45,630 nt of DNA from Trichinella spiralis (GCF_000181795.1 NW_003526945.1:5097282-5142911); one strand, 5' to 3'; shown: positions 20,860-34,800, counted from the first letter of the stretch. Translations and numbers: made by a program. Notes: generated by a model not told the origin, from the letters alone.

Positions 20860-22389
20860 ATGGAAAATTCAGAACTTCCTATGGTAGTCGTTGGAGTTGA
20901 ACGGTCAACTGCATCTAGAGAGGAAACATCGATTATCCATAAGTTTTCAGAGAATAATGTTCAATGTGGTGATGCGCCAAAAAATGTAAAATGTATGGTA
21001 GAGGTTGATGGAAAATTGTATGCTGTTGTTTGCAATGCCAGAGTGATCATCCCGTTAAGTTGTGATGACGAAGAAGGCAAAACTTCAAGAAAATGCGACA
21101 TAGATTCCAACAATGCGGTTTTCTCATCTCAGATAGAAATCGAAAGAGATGAAGATATACAGTTTATTCAAGCAGCATTGGAAAGTACACAATAATTCAT
21201 GAATTTGATTAAATGTTTTGATTTAAGTTTGGAAACATTAATTTATTAGGACAGCTGATCAATTTGGAACTTGAAGATGGCGTTGTTACTGCTGAAGCAT
21301 CTGATGAATCCCCTACAGGTAAGGGCATTTTTGAAAAGAATTATTATACGACACATTAAATATTGTGATTCAAAAGAAAAGTTTTGTACAAAGTGTTGTT
21401 GTCATTTAATTTCACTATATTTCATCTCAGTGAATTGTAAGTAGGGAATGCCATTTTTGTTTTTCCTTTTTAGAAATCCACTGCGAGAACAATGCCACCG
21501 AATGTGTAGCAAAGCAAGAAGAAAATGCTGAAAGTTTTCAAGATCAAAAAAATGAACTGAAAACAAAAAATGGTAAAAATTGAGCATTTTAAATAGTATT
21601 TTCAATTCAATTCAACGTCAATTAAGGCACAAATGAAAATCACGTTAAATCAAAGCGGAGATATCTTGGAAAAATAATAACACCATCCAATTTGCGACAA
21701 GTGACATTCGATATTGAGTGGTTCAGGTTTGGTGAATATCAAGTAGCCTATGGTGGTAATGTAGATTTGGCCACATTGGATATTGTATTGTATTGCAGGT
21801 TGGGTTGTTTGTGAGAATTGTTTCGTTGGTTTTGTTTTACACATTGAATATTTTTTTAAGAGAACTCTGCTATACCATCGGCGCCACTGGTGTTTTTGAT
21901 GCAGATGTATCGATTTTGGCAAATATAGTGGTTCCGTTATCAAACATAAAGGCAATGGCGTTCACTGATAACAGTATCGTGTTGGCGTTGAAGAAACCCG
22001 CGTCAGTCAAGTATGAAGCGTTTTTGCGTGTCAGTTGTAAAAACTCAAAGCGCAGGTTGGCATACCCAAAGGGATTCAGTATTTTCGATGGGAATGTGGA
22101 AAATAGTACTGTGCATCATGTAGGTGTTTGCTTATTTTCATGCGATGATGTGCTGGTATTTTTACGGCTGTTTTATTTTAAGTTCAAGCTGAGGCAGCAG
22201 GCTGTGAGCGTTGAAATATTGCGTAAATTGATCAAATTTGATGCCAATTTGAAAGATCGTCTAGTCACATTGAAAAGCGGTTTGGGAATAGTGTACAAAG
22301 AAAGCGGACTTCCTTGCACAGAACTGAGCTTTCTTGATGACAACGTTTCTTTGATTTCTTCAGAAGAAATAGAACAACTGCTCCATTAA
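20860..22389 (+). CDS. Hypothetical protein: acidic N-terminal half and a C-terminal beta-rich, possibly PH-like domain
   Basis: Phase-consistent exons 20860-21184, 21250-21318, 21474-21572, 21627-21798, 21861-22119, 22183-22389 (376 aa) with 54-155 nt GT-AG introns. The domain call rests on recalled motif resemblance only. Confidence 0.72.
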
Positions 22390-23213
22390 ATAATGTTTGC
22401 TAATTTTTATAATTAATGATAATTATAATGCTTTTCTGAACAAACTGCATGATAATTTTTAATTAATTAATCTGTTTCATTAATGCTTTCTTTTCATTTA
22501 TTATTTTTTTCTTTGATTCTTGATAATATTTGCCCTGATGTTTTTAATATTTCAAATTCAAATAATGTTGACAATAGGCGGTTTATTTCATAAATGATGC
22601 TGAACTTTATTTGATGAGATTTGCTTTATAAGTATTCAAATAAAATTCAAATTTATCTATTTATTTATTTATTTATACTGCAAAAAGTGAAAACCAAACT
22701 TGATCACTGCATTCTGCATAATAATATTATAGTTTCTTTCATGGAAAAATTATAAAAATATGTTATGTTGGAAAATGCTCTGGGTAAAAATTTTAATTTA
22801 TTTTCATGCACTATTTCGATAGTTATTATGCTGATATTTGGGTTGTTTTGCTTTCTTAATTGGTGAAATATTGGACAATAAATATATTTCTGTATAGTTG
22901 AATGAATTAAGTAGAAATTTAAATAAAATATTAGCGAAAGAAATTTTGTAGCTTCAATACAAGAACAGAAGAGAAGAAATCATTTGAAAATAGCAATTAT
23001 GACAGTTTATACGCACCAGTGGTTGTTTATTGTGAAGCAAGAAAAACTTGCTCAAGGCTGACGTACAACCGGTGCAAGTCGACCTTATTTTATAACATCT
23101 TTCCGGTCCTTGTCAAGCACTAGCTATTTTTTTCCATGCTAATCATCACTTATCAACCGCACCCTCTGTAAATGCATCACTGAGAAATAAGTTTATAACT
23201 GCATTTGAGAATT

Positions 23214-23231
23214 GTATATATATACAGTGAT

Positions 23232-23263
<32 letters not shown>
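23214..23263. repeat. (TA)n/(CA)n microsatellite
   Basis: Directly visible. Confidence 0.9.
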
Positions 23264-23749
23264 GTCTGCTAGATTTAATACATCTAACACAGGACAGAGG
23301 TTTTGCTTTTCTTTTTCATTTGGCTACTACAAATATCAGAAGAATAACTTTCCATAATTGGTGAATGAAATAGCATAATGAAGCGAATAAGATTTTTTTC
23401 AGAACTGGTTAAGAGCAACAACATCTAGGCGTGTGATGTTTGATTTCTGTGTTCTTTTAAATTGAAAATAAAAGTGCGCAATAATTTTTGAGGGGTAAGG
23501 GGGAAAGGGGGAAGGATTCACAGGCACAAGCAAAGTGTGTGCTGAAAGATGATTGCTTGGCAAATACATCTCTTGTTAACTTTATTCCTTGGCGAATCGT
23601 CACAAAACTAGGCCATTACCCAAATGATAAATGGACGGAATGAAATCTTGCCTATTTAGTTGCAACTTGCGTGAAACTTAATCACACGGTGAACGTTTGT
23701 GTCGTCATTGCGCATGCTTTTCCATTCTCTTGGGCTTTAAATCATTTCG

Positions 23750-25842
23750 ATGGCGCCGCTACTTATCTACGCGTTACTTGTCTCTCAAATTGCGCTTTGT
23801 CTGTCAGTAAAATTTCCAGCCTGTGATGTAATCGGATGTGGATATTGTGGTACCAGACGTATGCAGAAAGAATGCAAAGAGTTTTGCGATTCCAAATGTT
23901 CCAGGAAGGTAAATTAATTAATTAATTTTTTTCATAAAAAGAAGCAAAAGAAAATCAATTCTACTTTAATTTGATTAATATTAGGAATATTTGTACTTGA
24001 CGATGGATAATTTTACCAACTGCATTAATTATTTAATCATCTATTTGTAAAGCGAACCTTTAGCAGCAGTATAAATAAATATTAATGTTATCCAAATATT
24101 GTGTGAAGAAGGAAGTAATCATCAGTGAATACTGGTTATGTAACAACTATTGAATTTAATGAATTTTATCATCGTTTGGTTAGAAAATAATTTCTCATCA
24201 CACTTTTAATTATACATTATTGTATTTTTTCATTTCATTTAAATAAAAACATTTCTATTTTTTTTAATGATAAATTTGCTTTCAAACCACAAGCTCGTTT
24301 TCAGCAGAGATTTGATCATTTAATCAGATAAAACCAGAGTCACTTGTCATACAGTTGTATTGGACTGGTTGCTAATTTATTGTATACAAGGACAACCGGG
24401 GATGAGCAACTGAACAATTTCTTTGATGAATACGTTCAAAATGTTCGATCATCGTTTGAATTGTGTGACATTTTCAATAAACAACAAGTCATATTTTCCA
24501 CGTATTCAACAAATGATATTTGCATTAATTACAAATGCATACAAATTAGTATTGCTTTGTAGTTCAATGTTCTTCTGCTGTTTTATTAATTTCTTTAAAC
24601 TCTTAAATGAGTCATCATATAAATCATTTAGAAATAATAACACGCAAAAAAACCAAATATGAACATAATCACGTTACATAACAGACCGGAAAGAAATTGG
24701 GCCTGTGGTTGACGCACGATTTGGAAAAGTTATAAATTATGCACGCGCCAAAAATGTATATTGGAATTTACGTCAATGTGCACAGTGTCCCATAACAGTT
24801 CAATGCGATTATCAAGATTTAAATTTTCTTCTATAAATTGAGAAAATAATTTCCTTGTTTCTGACAAAATTTCCTGTGAATATTATTAGTTGAAGATTAT
24901 TACTGCAATATAATTTCCAGGTAATACAATGAAAACATTATACGAATATCAGTTGCGCGATTTTGATAATGAATTATTTTCCAGTAATCTTAATCTTGCA
25001 AAATACACAAATTGATACATACTTGTATTTCGGTAAATTATTAAACGTGATCGTTGTTTGAAATTGACTTTTTTAAGCTTCACATTGGCATGATTTTGGA
25101 TTTTATGAGAATTATTTATACTTGCTTTGCTTGTTCATTGTGTTCATCTTTGTTTAATTATTTTTCCCTTTTGAAGAAATTTTGTAAACAACCATGCATG
25201 ACATGATATCGAAATAAGAGCAGCAGTTGTCAGAATAATTTTTCAAAGTACTTTCTTCTAATTGCATCATGTGATCAAAATAAACGACGTCAAAATATTT
25301 CATATTTAATTATTTTTCTTTGAATTGATTTATAAAAAGCAATTATTTTTAAGAATAAATTAATCAATGCAACCAAAAGTTTTAACGAATTCAATGGCCC
25401 AAGCCGGAGAGTTTCTAGAGAGGTTGCAAATCAGCAGTTTATGAATTGCTGCCAAAATCTTGATCCGCCTGTTCCTGAAGCTTGTCTCAAAATTTGCACT
25501 TTGGACAATTCTCCAAAAGAGGTTAACTGTGCAGTTATTACTTTTTCAATTATATGATTTTGTAAATTATTATTTTAGTTTAAAAATATCGCTTTTAAAA
25601 AGCCAAAATGCCCGATGAAGCATTTGCGAAGGCTTTTGACATGCGCTGCTGGAACAAAAGATGTACGCTCATGTTGTGAAAAAGATGAAAGCATGCTTGG
25701 CAATTTGAACCATTGTATACAGTTCTGCTATCCGTCAAATGATGATTTATGGGATAGTCGATTTTATGGTAAAGGCAGATTTGTCAAATGTATGGACAAA
25801 GTTCCCTTATACAGTGAATGCTATTATGAACACTGGGTTTAG
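23750..25842 (+). CDS. Secreted cysteine-rich DB-module protein
   Basis: Exons 23750-23908, 25354-25521, 25579-25842 (all phase 0, 196 aa). Signal peptide MAPLLIYALLVSQIALCLS, then a 6-Cys module, then the DB pattern ANQQFMNCC...VPEACLKIC...CP...LTCAAGTKDVRSCC...CIQFCYP...KC...ECY. Exons 1-2 are missing from the supplied ORF track. Confidence 0.85.
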
Positions 25843-26652
25843 TCATGTTTAAGTTATTTTGTCGTAGACTCGATTAATGCGATAATATAATCCAGTTATC
25901 GTTTATTAATTGTTACATTTATGAAAAATAATAAACTCAAAGATATCACTTAACGATACGTCTATATAGTCTATCATATAAAAATAAGTGGTATGCTTTG
26001 CAATAGTTAATCTTCTGTAATCGAAGCACTCTTTATGAGTAAGTGTTACATGTGAAGGTGTTAGTTGCAATTTCAAATTAACACGAGCGCATCATATGTG
26101 AACACTATTTATTTTGTTAAATTTATTTAATCAGAATTTCTGCTTATCTGTAAGCATGAAAGTTTGTTTTGAAAACGTTCTATTACATAATATTTTAAAA
26201 TACGCAAAAATATTTTCATATCAGTTAACTTGGAAACTTTTACTTTATTCTGATATTCAAAATATTCTAAAAAAAGAAAACATTATGAATTTATGTATTA
26301 TTTTATTGTGTTATTTTTCGAAAATATTGTCAACTTTTGCATTAAATAAATATTGGCAAATGTACTTAAAATCCTGAAATTTTGCAGTATCTTAATAATG
26401 CTGACTTTCAGTTGGTTTCATCGAATGGAGATGAGTAAAAGGTTGGTTGGTTGAATAAAGCTGTTGAGCATAAAATACGTTGTTGTTTTCATTTTTAGAA
26501 AGCTGCACAGACAATAAATTGCGTGGATGCACAGTTTAGCACTGTCATAATACTGTGATGTTTATCAAACAGGTGAAAGCGACCAAGAATCAAAGCGAAA
26601 GGAGATTTTCAGATTCCAAGTGTTTTACTTAAATTTCACTACTGGACTTTAA

Positions 26653-29600
26653 ACAATCATTATTTGCTGCAAATGAATACGTAAGCGTTGTAAGTGTTTA
26701 CTTTGCTAAAAAGCAAACTATTCATGGAATGTGGTCCCCATTATGATCGTTTCCATGTATTAAGCTCCTGAATGATACCAAGTGTGTAGATATTTGAATT
26801 TACTTTCGCTAAGTAACAACAATGCAATGGTGATTTGCATAATGAGTACAATATGTAGTCCCCCAAGGTGAAACTTCATTGCAAATGCTAGGAGATTAAA
26901 TAAATTCACAATTCATGTCAAACTATTGGTCTCATGCATGGTAGTTCTTCGAATCTTTAGAGATATCCGGGAGTATGTACAGTTAAACTTATTCCATGGT
27001 TGTCAAAATCTCTGCCACATTGTAAAATAATTTCATGATAAGTGCAATCAATTGTACGTCAATTAAAGGTATGTAAATTTTGAATAACCCGCAATCGATG
27101 ATTTTTTTTACAAATTTGATAAAGCTGACAGTTTGAGCATTTGAAATTTATAGAATAAAAAGACTCGCACATTGCACGAAAATAGCTTTCAAATGTGATA
27201 ATTTTGGAGAATTCTTATCTCTGAATTGGGATCAATCAAAAAATTCAGTGAACGAAGGTTTTAATTTTGAAAGTTCCTGTTGCATAAATGAAAATCAGGA
27301 ACAATTCCTATTAAATTAAATTCTTTTTTTCGGGTGAAAGCATTGTTAGTCCCGTTGTTAAAATTAACGAAACCATTCCATATGCACATGGATTTAACTA
27401 TTATTTTTCATTCCTTTTCATTTGGGCTGTTATAATCCTATTTTGGTTGCACTTTTTTTGACATAACTCGACAAATACGCATTCAGGAGCGTTGTGGATG
27501 AATTAATAAAAGTTAGCGAATAATTCTCTACTGATATAAATCAATTGCTTTAATTTTTGGAGAAAAAAACTTTTCTCGAAAATTGCAAAATTTCATGGAT
27601 TACAGACATGGTTGTGTTTGCGAAAATTGGCGAAAATTTTTTTTCAAATTTTGGACTTTTTTTTATTGTAATAATTTCATATTGATAAAAAAAGTGTTTT
27701 ATCAATATGAAGTGTTTTCTAGTGTTTCAACTCAAACTTTTCAGTAGTTGTGGAATAAATGGCCTCTAAAATTTGCATAACCCAACTTTCATCACTTATT
27801 GGTCGAATAACTTAAGGCATTTGATTAGTCACTCGGTTTTGATCACTGATTGGACAATTTTTTCTATCAAAGTTTTCCCAAATATGGGGGTGCTTCACCA
27901 TTAAATCCCCTTATATGGACACACGTCCCAATTTTTATAACCAAGTTTTTGTTTTATAACTGAACTACATCATTATTGCCTCATCATCTAAAAAATCTCA
28001 AAGCAATGATGATGAATAAAGCGCAAGGAAGTTCACGCGAAACACAGCTGTTTGAAAATCTTTTAGAATGGAACTTAAAAATGACTAAGGAGTGGACTGT
28101 ATGAGTTATTTGTAGATAATTCAAAACCAATGTATGGAGTTGAATTCGTCTTTATTCAGTTGGAGCAGTGAAGAGTTCGGTTAGATAGCTTATATCTCGA
28201 ATATATCTCTTATTTTGAATTCCATTTTAAATATCATTCTGCAACAACATTTACTTTTCATTTGTCATTTTATCAACAATTCAAGATCAACTTGTGATAT
28301 TCGCTGTGGCGCCAACGCCTTTTGTTGATGTTGACAGAAGATTATTAATCACACACAAATTAATGAAATTGAAATGCTGACATCAGCAATGCAATGTCCA
28401 CTGCACAGCGAATTTGACCCGCCTTGAAGTGCTTTTCAGCTCGTTGATGTACATCGCGTTTTTCCGCTTCCTGGGGGTATACGTTGATCCACTCTCGTGC
28501 ATATAGACTGTTCACTTCACTGTCAATTTACATTGCTCTCTATCTATGATCATCTACATTCATAACTACTCTCCTATGAAGTAAAAAATAGGTCCTTTTC
28601 GGATGACATATTTAGTTCTGCGTACCCCTTATACATAAAGAACAATAGAAATTGAAGAATGACGTCATTGTTGTACAAAATCCACGTTCTCTCCCNNNNN
28701 NNNNNGAATAAAAGAGACTCGCACATTGCCACGAAAAATAGCTTTCAAATGTGATAAATTTCGGAGAATTCTTATCTCCGAATTGGGGATCAATCAAAAA
28801 ATTCAGTGAACGAAGGTTTTAATTTTGAAAGTTCCTGTTGCATAAATGAAAATCAGGAACAATTCCTATTAAATTAAATTCTTTTTTTCGGGTGAAAGCA
28901 TTGTTAGTCCCGTTGTTAAAATTAACGAAACCATTCCATATGCACATGGATTTAACTATTATTTTTCATTCCTTTTCATTTGGGCTGTTATAATCCTATT
29001 TTGGTTGCACTTTTTTTGACATAACTCGACAAATACGCATTCAGGAGCGTTGTGGATGAATTAATAAAAGTTAGCGAATAATTCTCTACTGATATAAATC
29101 AATTGCTTTAATTTTTGGAGAAAAAAACTTTTCTCGAAAATTGCAAAATTTCATGGATTACAGACATGGTTGTGTTTGCGAAAATTGGCGAAAATTTTTT
29201 TTCAAATTTTGGACTTTTTTTTATTGTAATAATTTCATATTGATAAAAAAAGTGTTTTATCAATATGAAGTGTTTTCTAGTGTTTCAACTCAAACTTTTC
29301 AGTAGTTGTGGAATAAATGGCCTCTAAAATTTGCATAACCCAACTTTCATCACTTAAAGGTCGAATAACTTAAGGCATTTGATTAGTCAGTCGGTGAACA
29401 TCATTGATTGGACAATTTCTTCTGTCCAAGTTTTCCCACATATGGCGGTGCTTCACCCTTAAATCGCCNNNNNNNNNNTTCGCCCTTTGGACCCTTTTTA
29501 AAGGACACAATACCTTTGTGGATTTTGTCTGGGGAAGAGAAAAATGATTGAATCCATATAGGGATGTTTTTTTGATCAGGGAATACAAAATTTTGGAGTT

Positions 29601-31800
29601 TCAGGCAGTTTTGTAGGGAGGCCCCTGTTATATTTTTGTGTTTGGGGCAAAAACTGCTTTTTTGGAGAAGGGCAGTGCATCGGGTACCAGAAAAGTTAAG
29701 AAGGGAAAGTTCTGCAAGGATTTTAGGGGGGATTTATATAAAAAATTTTTTTCTTTGTTGGTTTTCTGTTTGGTTGTGGTTGGAAAAAAAATTTGGTTTT
29801 TAAAATCCCCCCCCCCAAAAGGATTGTTCCAGTTTTTATATTGTTAAAAAGAGGGTGTTTTTTGGACTTTCCACCAGAAACTATTCAGTTGGTATGAAAT
29901 AAATGGGCGCAAATTTGAACTATTGGGTATTTATTACATAGAAAAGTCGCCCATCAGTAACTTTCATGCATCGAATCGTTTAGGAAGCATTTTTGATATC
30001 AAATCTTTTAGAATTCTATTAATTTATCGTTTTTTCTATCATCAATTACATTGAATTCCTGAAATCATTGTTGTTTGTCAATCATTATTTGCTGCAAATG
30101 AATACGTAAGCGTTGTAAGTGTTTACTTTGCTAAAAAGCAAACTATTCATGGAATGTGGACCCCATTATGATCGTTTCCATGTATTAAGCTCCTGAATGA
30201 TACCAAGTGTGTAGATATTTGAATTTACTTTCGCTAAGTAACAACAATGCAATGGTGATTTGCATAATGAGTACAATATGTAGTCCCCCAAGGTGAAACT
30301 TCATTGCAAATGCTAGGAGATTAAATAAATTCACAATTCATGTCAAACTATTGGTCTCATGCATGGTAGTTCTTCGAATCTATAGAGATATCCGGGTAAA
30401 CTTATTCCATGCTTGTCAAAATCTCTGCCACATTGTAAAATAATTTCATGATAAGTGCAATCAATTGTACGTCAATTAAAGGTATGTAAATTTTGAATAA
30501 CCCGCAATCGATGATTTTTTTTAGAAATTTGATAAAGCTGACAGTTTGAGCATTTGAAATTTATAGAATAAAAAGACTCGCACATTGCACGAAAATAGCT
30601 TTCAAATGTGATAATTTTGGAGAATTCTTATCTCTGAATTGGGATCAATCAAAAAATTCAGTGAACGAAGGTTTTAATTTTGAAAGTTCCTGTTGCATAA
30701 ATGAAAATCAGGAACAATTCATATTAAAATAAATTCTTTTTTTCGGGTGAAAGCATTGTTAGTCCCGTTGTTAAAATTAACGAAACCATTCCATATGCAC
30801 ATGGATTTAACTATTATTTTTCATTCTTTTTCATTTGGGTTGTTATAATCCTATTTTGGTTGCACTTTTTTTGACATATCTCGACAAATACGCATTCAGG
30901 AGCGTTGGGGATGAATTTATAAAAGTTAGCGAATAATTCTTTACTGATATAAACCAATTGCTTTAATTTTTGGAGAAAAAAACTTTTCTCGAAAATTGCA
31001 AAATTTCATGGATTACAGACATGGTTGTTTTTGCGAAAATTGGCGAAAATGTTTTTTTTCAAATTTTGGACTTTTTTTTATTGTAATAATTTCATATTGA
31101 TAAAAAAAGTGTTTTATCAATATGAAGTGTTTTCTAGTGTTTCAACTCAAACTTTTCAGTAGTTGTGGAATAAATGGCCTCTAAAATTTGCATAACCCAA
31201 CTTTCATCACTTATTGGTCGAATAATTTAAGGCATTTGATTAGTCACTCGGTTATGATCACTGATTGGACAATTTTTTTCTATCAAAGTTTTCCCAAATA
31301 TGGGGGTGCTTCACCATTAAATTTCCTTATATGGACACACGTCCCAATTTTTATAACCAAGTTTTTGTTTTATAACTGAACTACATCATTATTGCCTCAT
31401 CATCTAAAAAATCTCAAAGCACTGATGATGAATAAAGCGCAAGGAAGTTCACGCGAAACACAGCTGTTTGAAAATCTTTTAGAATGGAACTTAAAAATGA
31501 CTAAGGAGTGGGCTGTATGAGTTATTTGTAGATAATTCAAAACCAATGTATGGAGTTGAATTCGTCTTTATTCAGTTGGAGCAGTGAAGAGTTCGGTTAG
31601 ATAGCTTATATCTCGAATATATCTCTTATTTTGAATTCCATTTTAAATATCATTCTGCAACAACATTTACTTTTCATTTGTCATTTTATCAACAATTCAA
31701 GATCAACTTGTGATATTCGCTGTGGCGCCAACGCCTTTTGTTGATGTTGACAGAAGATTATTAATCACACACAAATTAATGAACAAATGCTGACATCAAA
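26653..31800. repeat. Near-identical direct copies of a ~1.7 kb unit (26653-28420, partial 28707-29460, 30079-31800)
   Basis: Long exact shared text, e.g. caatcattatttgctgcaaatgaatacg at ~26654 and ~30079. Copies are separated by 10-N gaps and decay toward the gaps like low-quality read ends. Confidence 0.85.
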
Positions 31801-34800
31801 CAATGCAATGTCCACTGCAGAGTGAATTTGAAGCAGCTTTAAGTGCTTTTCTGCTTGGTGCTGTTCATCGCTTTTTTCCGCTTCCAAAGTGCTTTACCCC
31901 TATCCGCCCGCGTTCATAAATACTGTTCAAAAGAAATGTCAGCCAACAGTTGCTTTCACTCGTCATATAAATTACTTTCTTACCTAACAATTAAATGAAA
32001 TTTATGTCTAAGGGTCTTTTCTGTTTGCCACATATTGTTCTGATGAACGCTACTTGAAGGTTATTCAAGTACAAAGGGAAAACGTAAAATTGATAAATTG
32101 TCCACAACTGCAGTTTTCAGCTAAAACTGGGAGTGATGATTGCTGAATTTTAGCATCGAAACACTTTTCTGATTTCACCTGTAGTGGTCTCTGAAAAATA
32201 ATTTCTGGGCTTGCAAAGAATTTAATCCTTTCCATCCTTTCTTTCGCTCCTGTTCACCAAGGTTATGTTTTCTCTATGAATTTATTAAATAAAAATAAAT
32301 CTGAAACTTNNNNNNNNNNAACTGTCCCTGCCAATATTTATTAGCACCTCAATGTCCTATCGTATGCCGTCTGCACGTTTGATTCTTTGGAAAACTAATC
32401 ATATTATTGAATTCTATGCTGTTAAGAAAATTCACTCTTTTAGCTTTTAGCTTTCTAAGATATGGTGTTAGCTATCTTTTACTGCGTTAAAGGGAGTATA
32501 ACAATAACAAAGTTAATATGCTTAAAACTAATGTTAAACTTTTTTCCATTTGCATATTGTTTGTGTATGTTGTTTAGAAGAGCATTTGATAAGATGTCTT
32601 GCAATATTTGAATGTGGCTTTAAACAAGTGGTTATCTTAGTCAATAACATTAATGATTCTTCAGTTTCACATTTCATTGTTCACATAATAAAATAGCATT
32701 CGCAGTGTTGACTTTTCTTTTAAATAGCTTATGCACCGTTCCGGTTGATTTGTTTAGCTCAGTTAGCTGCGTCAAGCTTTATGCCCAGCAGCATTTTACT
32801 TCCTGCTTCATAGTTTACTTCTCGCTTACCCCAGTATTAGTAATAACGGAATCCATTTCCGCGTCCATTTTCTGTTCATTGCCGTCCAGTCCAGAAAGTT
32901 GTATCCATCAGAATTTCAGCAGGCAAATTTCGGATGATGATGTCTGATCTTGTTTCGCTCATCAGCTAATAAGCCTCGAATGCTAAGCGCTGAACTCAAC
33001 CGCAAGACCAAAAAGGAAAATAAATTTGACGGTTTAAATTCCATTTTAAATAATCATTTTGAAACAACATTTAGTTTTCATTTTTCATTTTATCTATAAT
33101 TGAAGCTCAACTTCGATTGATATTTCTGTGGCACCAATGCCTTTGTTAATGTTGACAGAAGATTATTAATCAGGCACAAATGCTGACATCAAACAATGCG
33201 ATGTCCACTGCAGAGTGAATTTGAAGCAGCTTTGACAGCTTTTTCGCTTCCAAAGTTCTTTACATTTATCCGCCCGCGTTCATAAATACTGTTCAAAAGA
33301 AATGTCAGCCAACAGTTGCTTTCACTCGTCATATAAATTACTTTCTTACCTAACAATTAAATGAAATTTATGCCTAAAGTTCTTTTCTGTTTGACAGATA
33401 TTGTTCTGATGAAGGCTACTTAAAGGCTACTCATGTACAAAGGGAAAACGTAAAATTGATAAATTGCCACAACTGCAGTTTTCAGCTAAAACTGGGAGTG
33501 GTGATTGCAGAATGTTAGCATCGAAATACTTTTCTAATTTCACCTGTAGTGTTCTCTGAAAATATTTCTGGCTTGCAAAAGAATTTAATCTTTCCAATCT
33601 TTCTTTCGCTTTTGTTCACAAAGGTTATTGTTTTTCTTCTTATGATTTATTTAAATAAAAAATAAAATCTGGAATTTTGTTTAAAATAAACATCTGTGAT
33701 TATACATTTTGTGTAAATTGTATTAAATTTGTTTTTCAATATATCTCAAGGAAACCAACTACTGGGTTGAGTAAGCATTCAAGTTTCAACTGTTGTATTA
33801 TTACCATGATAACCAAATATTCAACGTTACAGATCAAAAAGGTTCTGTCGCATTTGGATATCATTTTACCAAACAAAACTAAAAGCGAAGAAAATTATTT
33901 TTCATCTCAAGTTCACTCCATCATGGCTGTGAACGTTAACACTGCTTATGTTCTGCGAAAATATGATCATTGCTAATTATCCTCGTCGGCAGGCATGAAG
34001 CATATATTGATCTTTCATTTGCCACTGTAACTTTCATTCCCATTGTTGAGAGTGAACAGTATCATGGGGTTCACTGCCTTGGTCACACAATGAATTCATT
34101 TGAGAAAGCGTCTGTCTGTAGTATTGTAAAAATTCCAGACCACCATTATCCTTGTTTGAATTTGCGCCTTGTGCATTTCTGTGGCATATATCAAGAAGTA
34201 TTTGGTGCTGTATCCACTGACATCACATTATATCGATATTCTGTGAAAAGATTCTCAGATGTAGCACAGATTGAACTGAAAATTCTTTTGGCTTGTTTAG
34301 GGGAAATTTAACTGCAGCACATGTTTGTTGGTCCAGTGAAATTTTAGAAAATTCTGCGTAATGAATTTTGACCTTGTTCATGATAATCGCTGCACAGCTT
34401 TCTTCATTGTCAACTAGTTGACAAGGCTAGCTTTGCTGCCATCGTAAAATATCATTAGGTCTCGAATTATGAAAACATTGAATGACCCAGATAAGCCATG
34501 GTCCATTTAATCCCCCCCTTGGTATCCTTTACTTTAAGCCCCTTCTTTGGTTGCTTTCAATATTTTTTATCCAAATGGAGCAATTTGGATAATAAAGANN
34601 NNNNNNNNTTCGGGGGGAAAAAATTATGAATCAGTGTGGCTAATTTATTCCTTTGGTGGGGCGAGGGCAATGAAGGCATAATTATTAGTTTCTTTTCAAT
34701 TTGCCCCCTTGAAACTTTTCCATTCCCCCTTGGTGGAGAAGGGAAACCAGTTTTCAGGGGGGGGTTCCACTGCTTTGGTCCCCCCCAAAGGGATATTTCA

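Noticed and set aside
24344..24562. Protein-like ORF within the first intron of the DB-module gene
   Set aside because: The candidate acceptor is phase-incompatible with the flanking exons and it has no recognisable motif.
29479..29930. Homopolymer-rich 'novel' sequence and ORFs next to gaps (also 28430-28695 and 34609-34940)
   Set aside because: These look like low-quality read tails of neighbouring repeats.
33677..34311. Plus-strand ORFs 33677-33976 and 33970-34311 as genes
   Set aside because: They are antisense to the minus-strand transposase relic and have no independent motifs.
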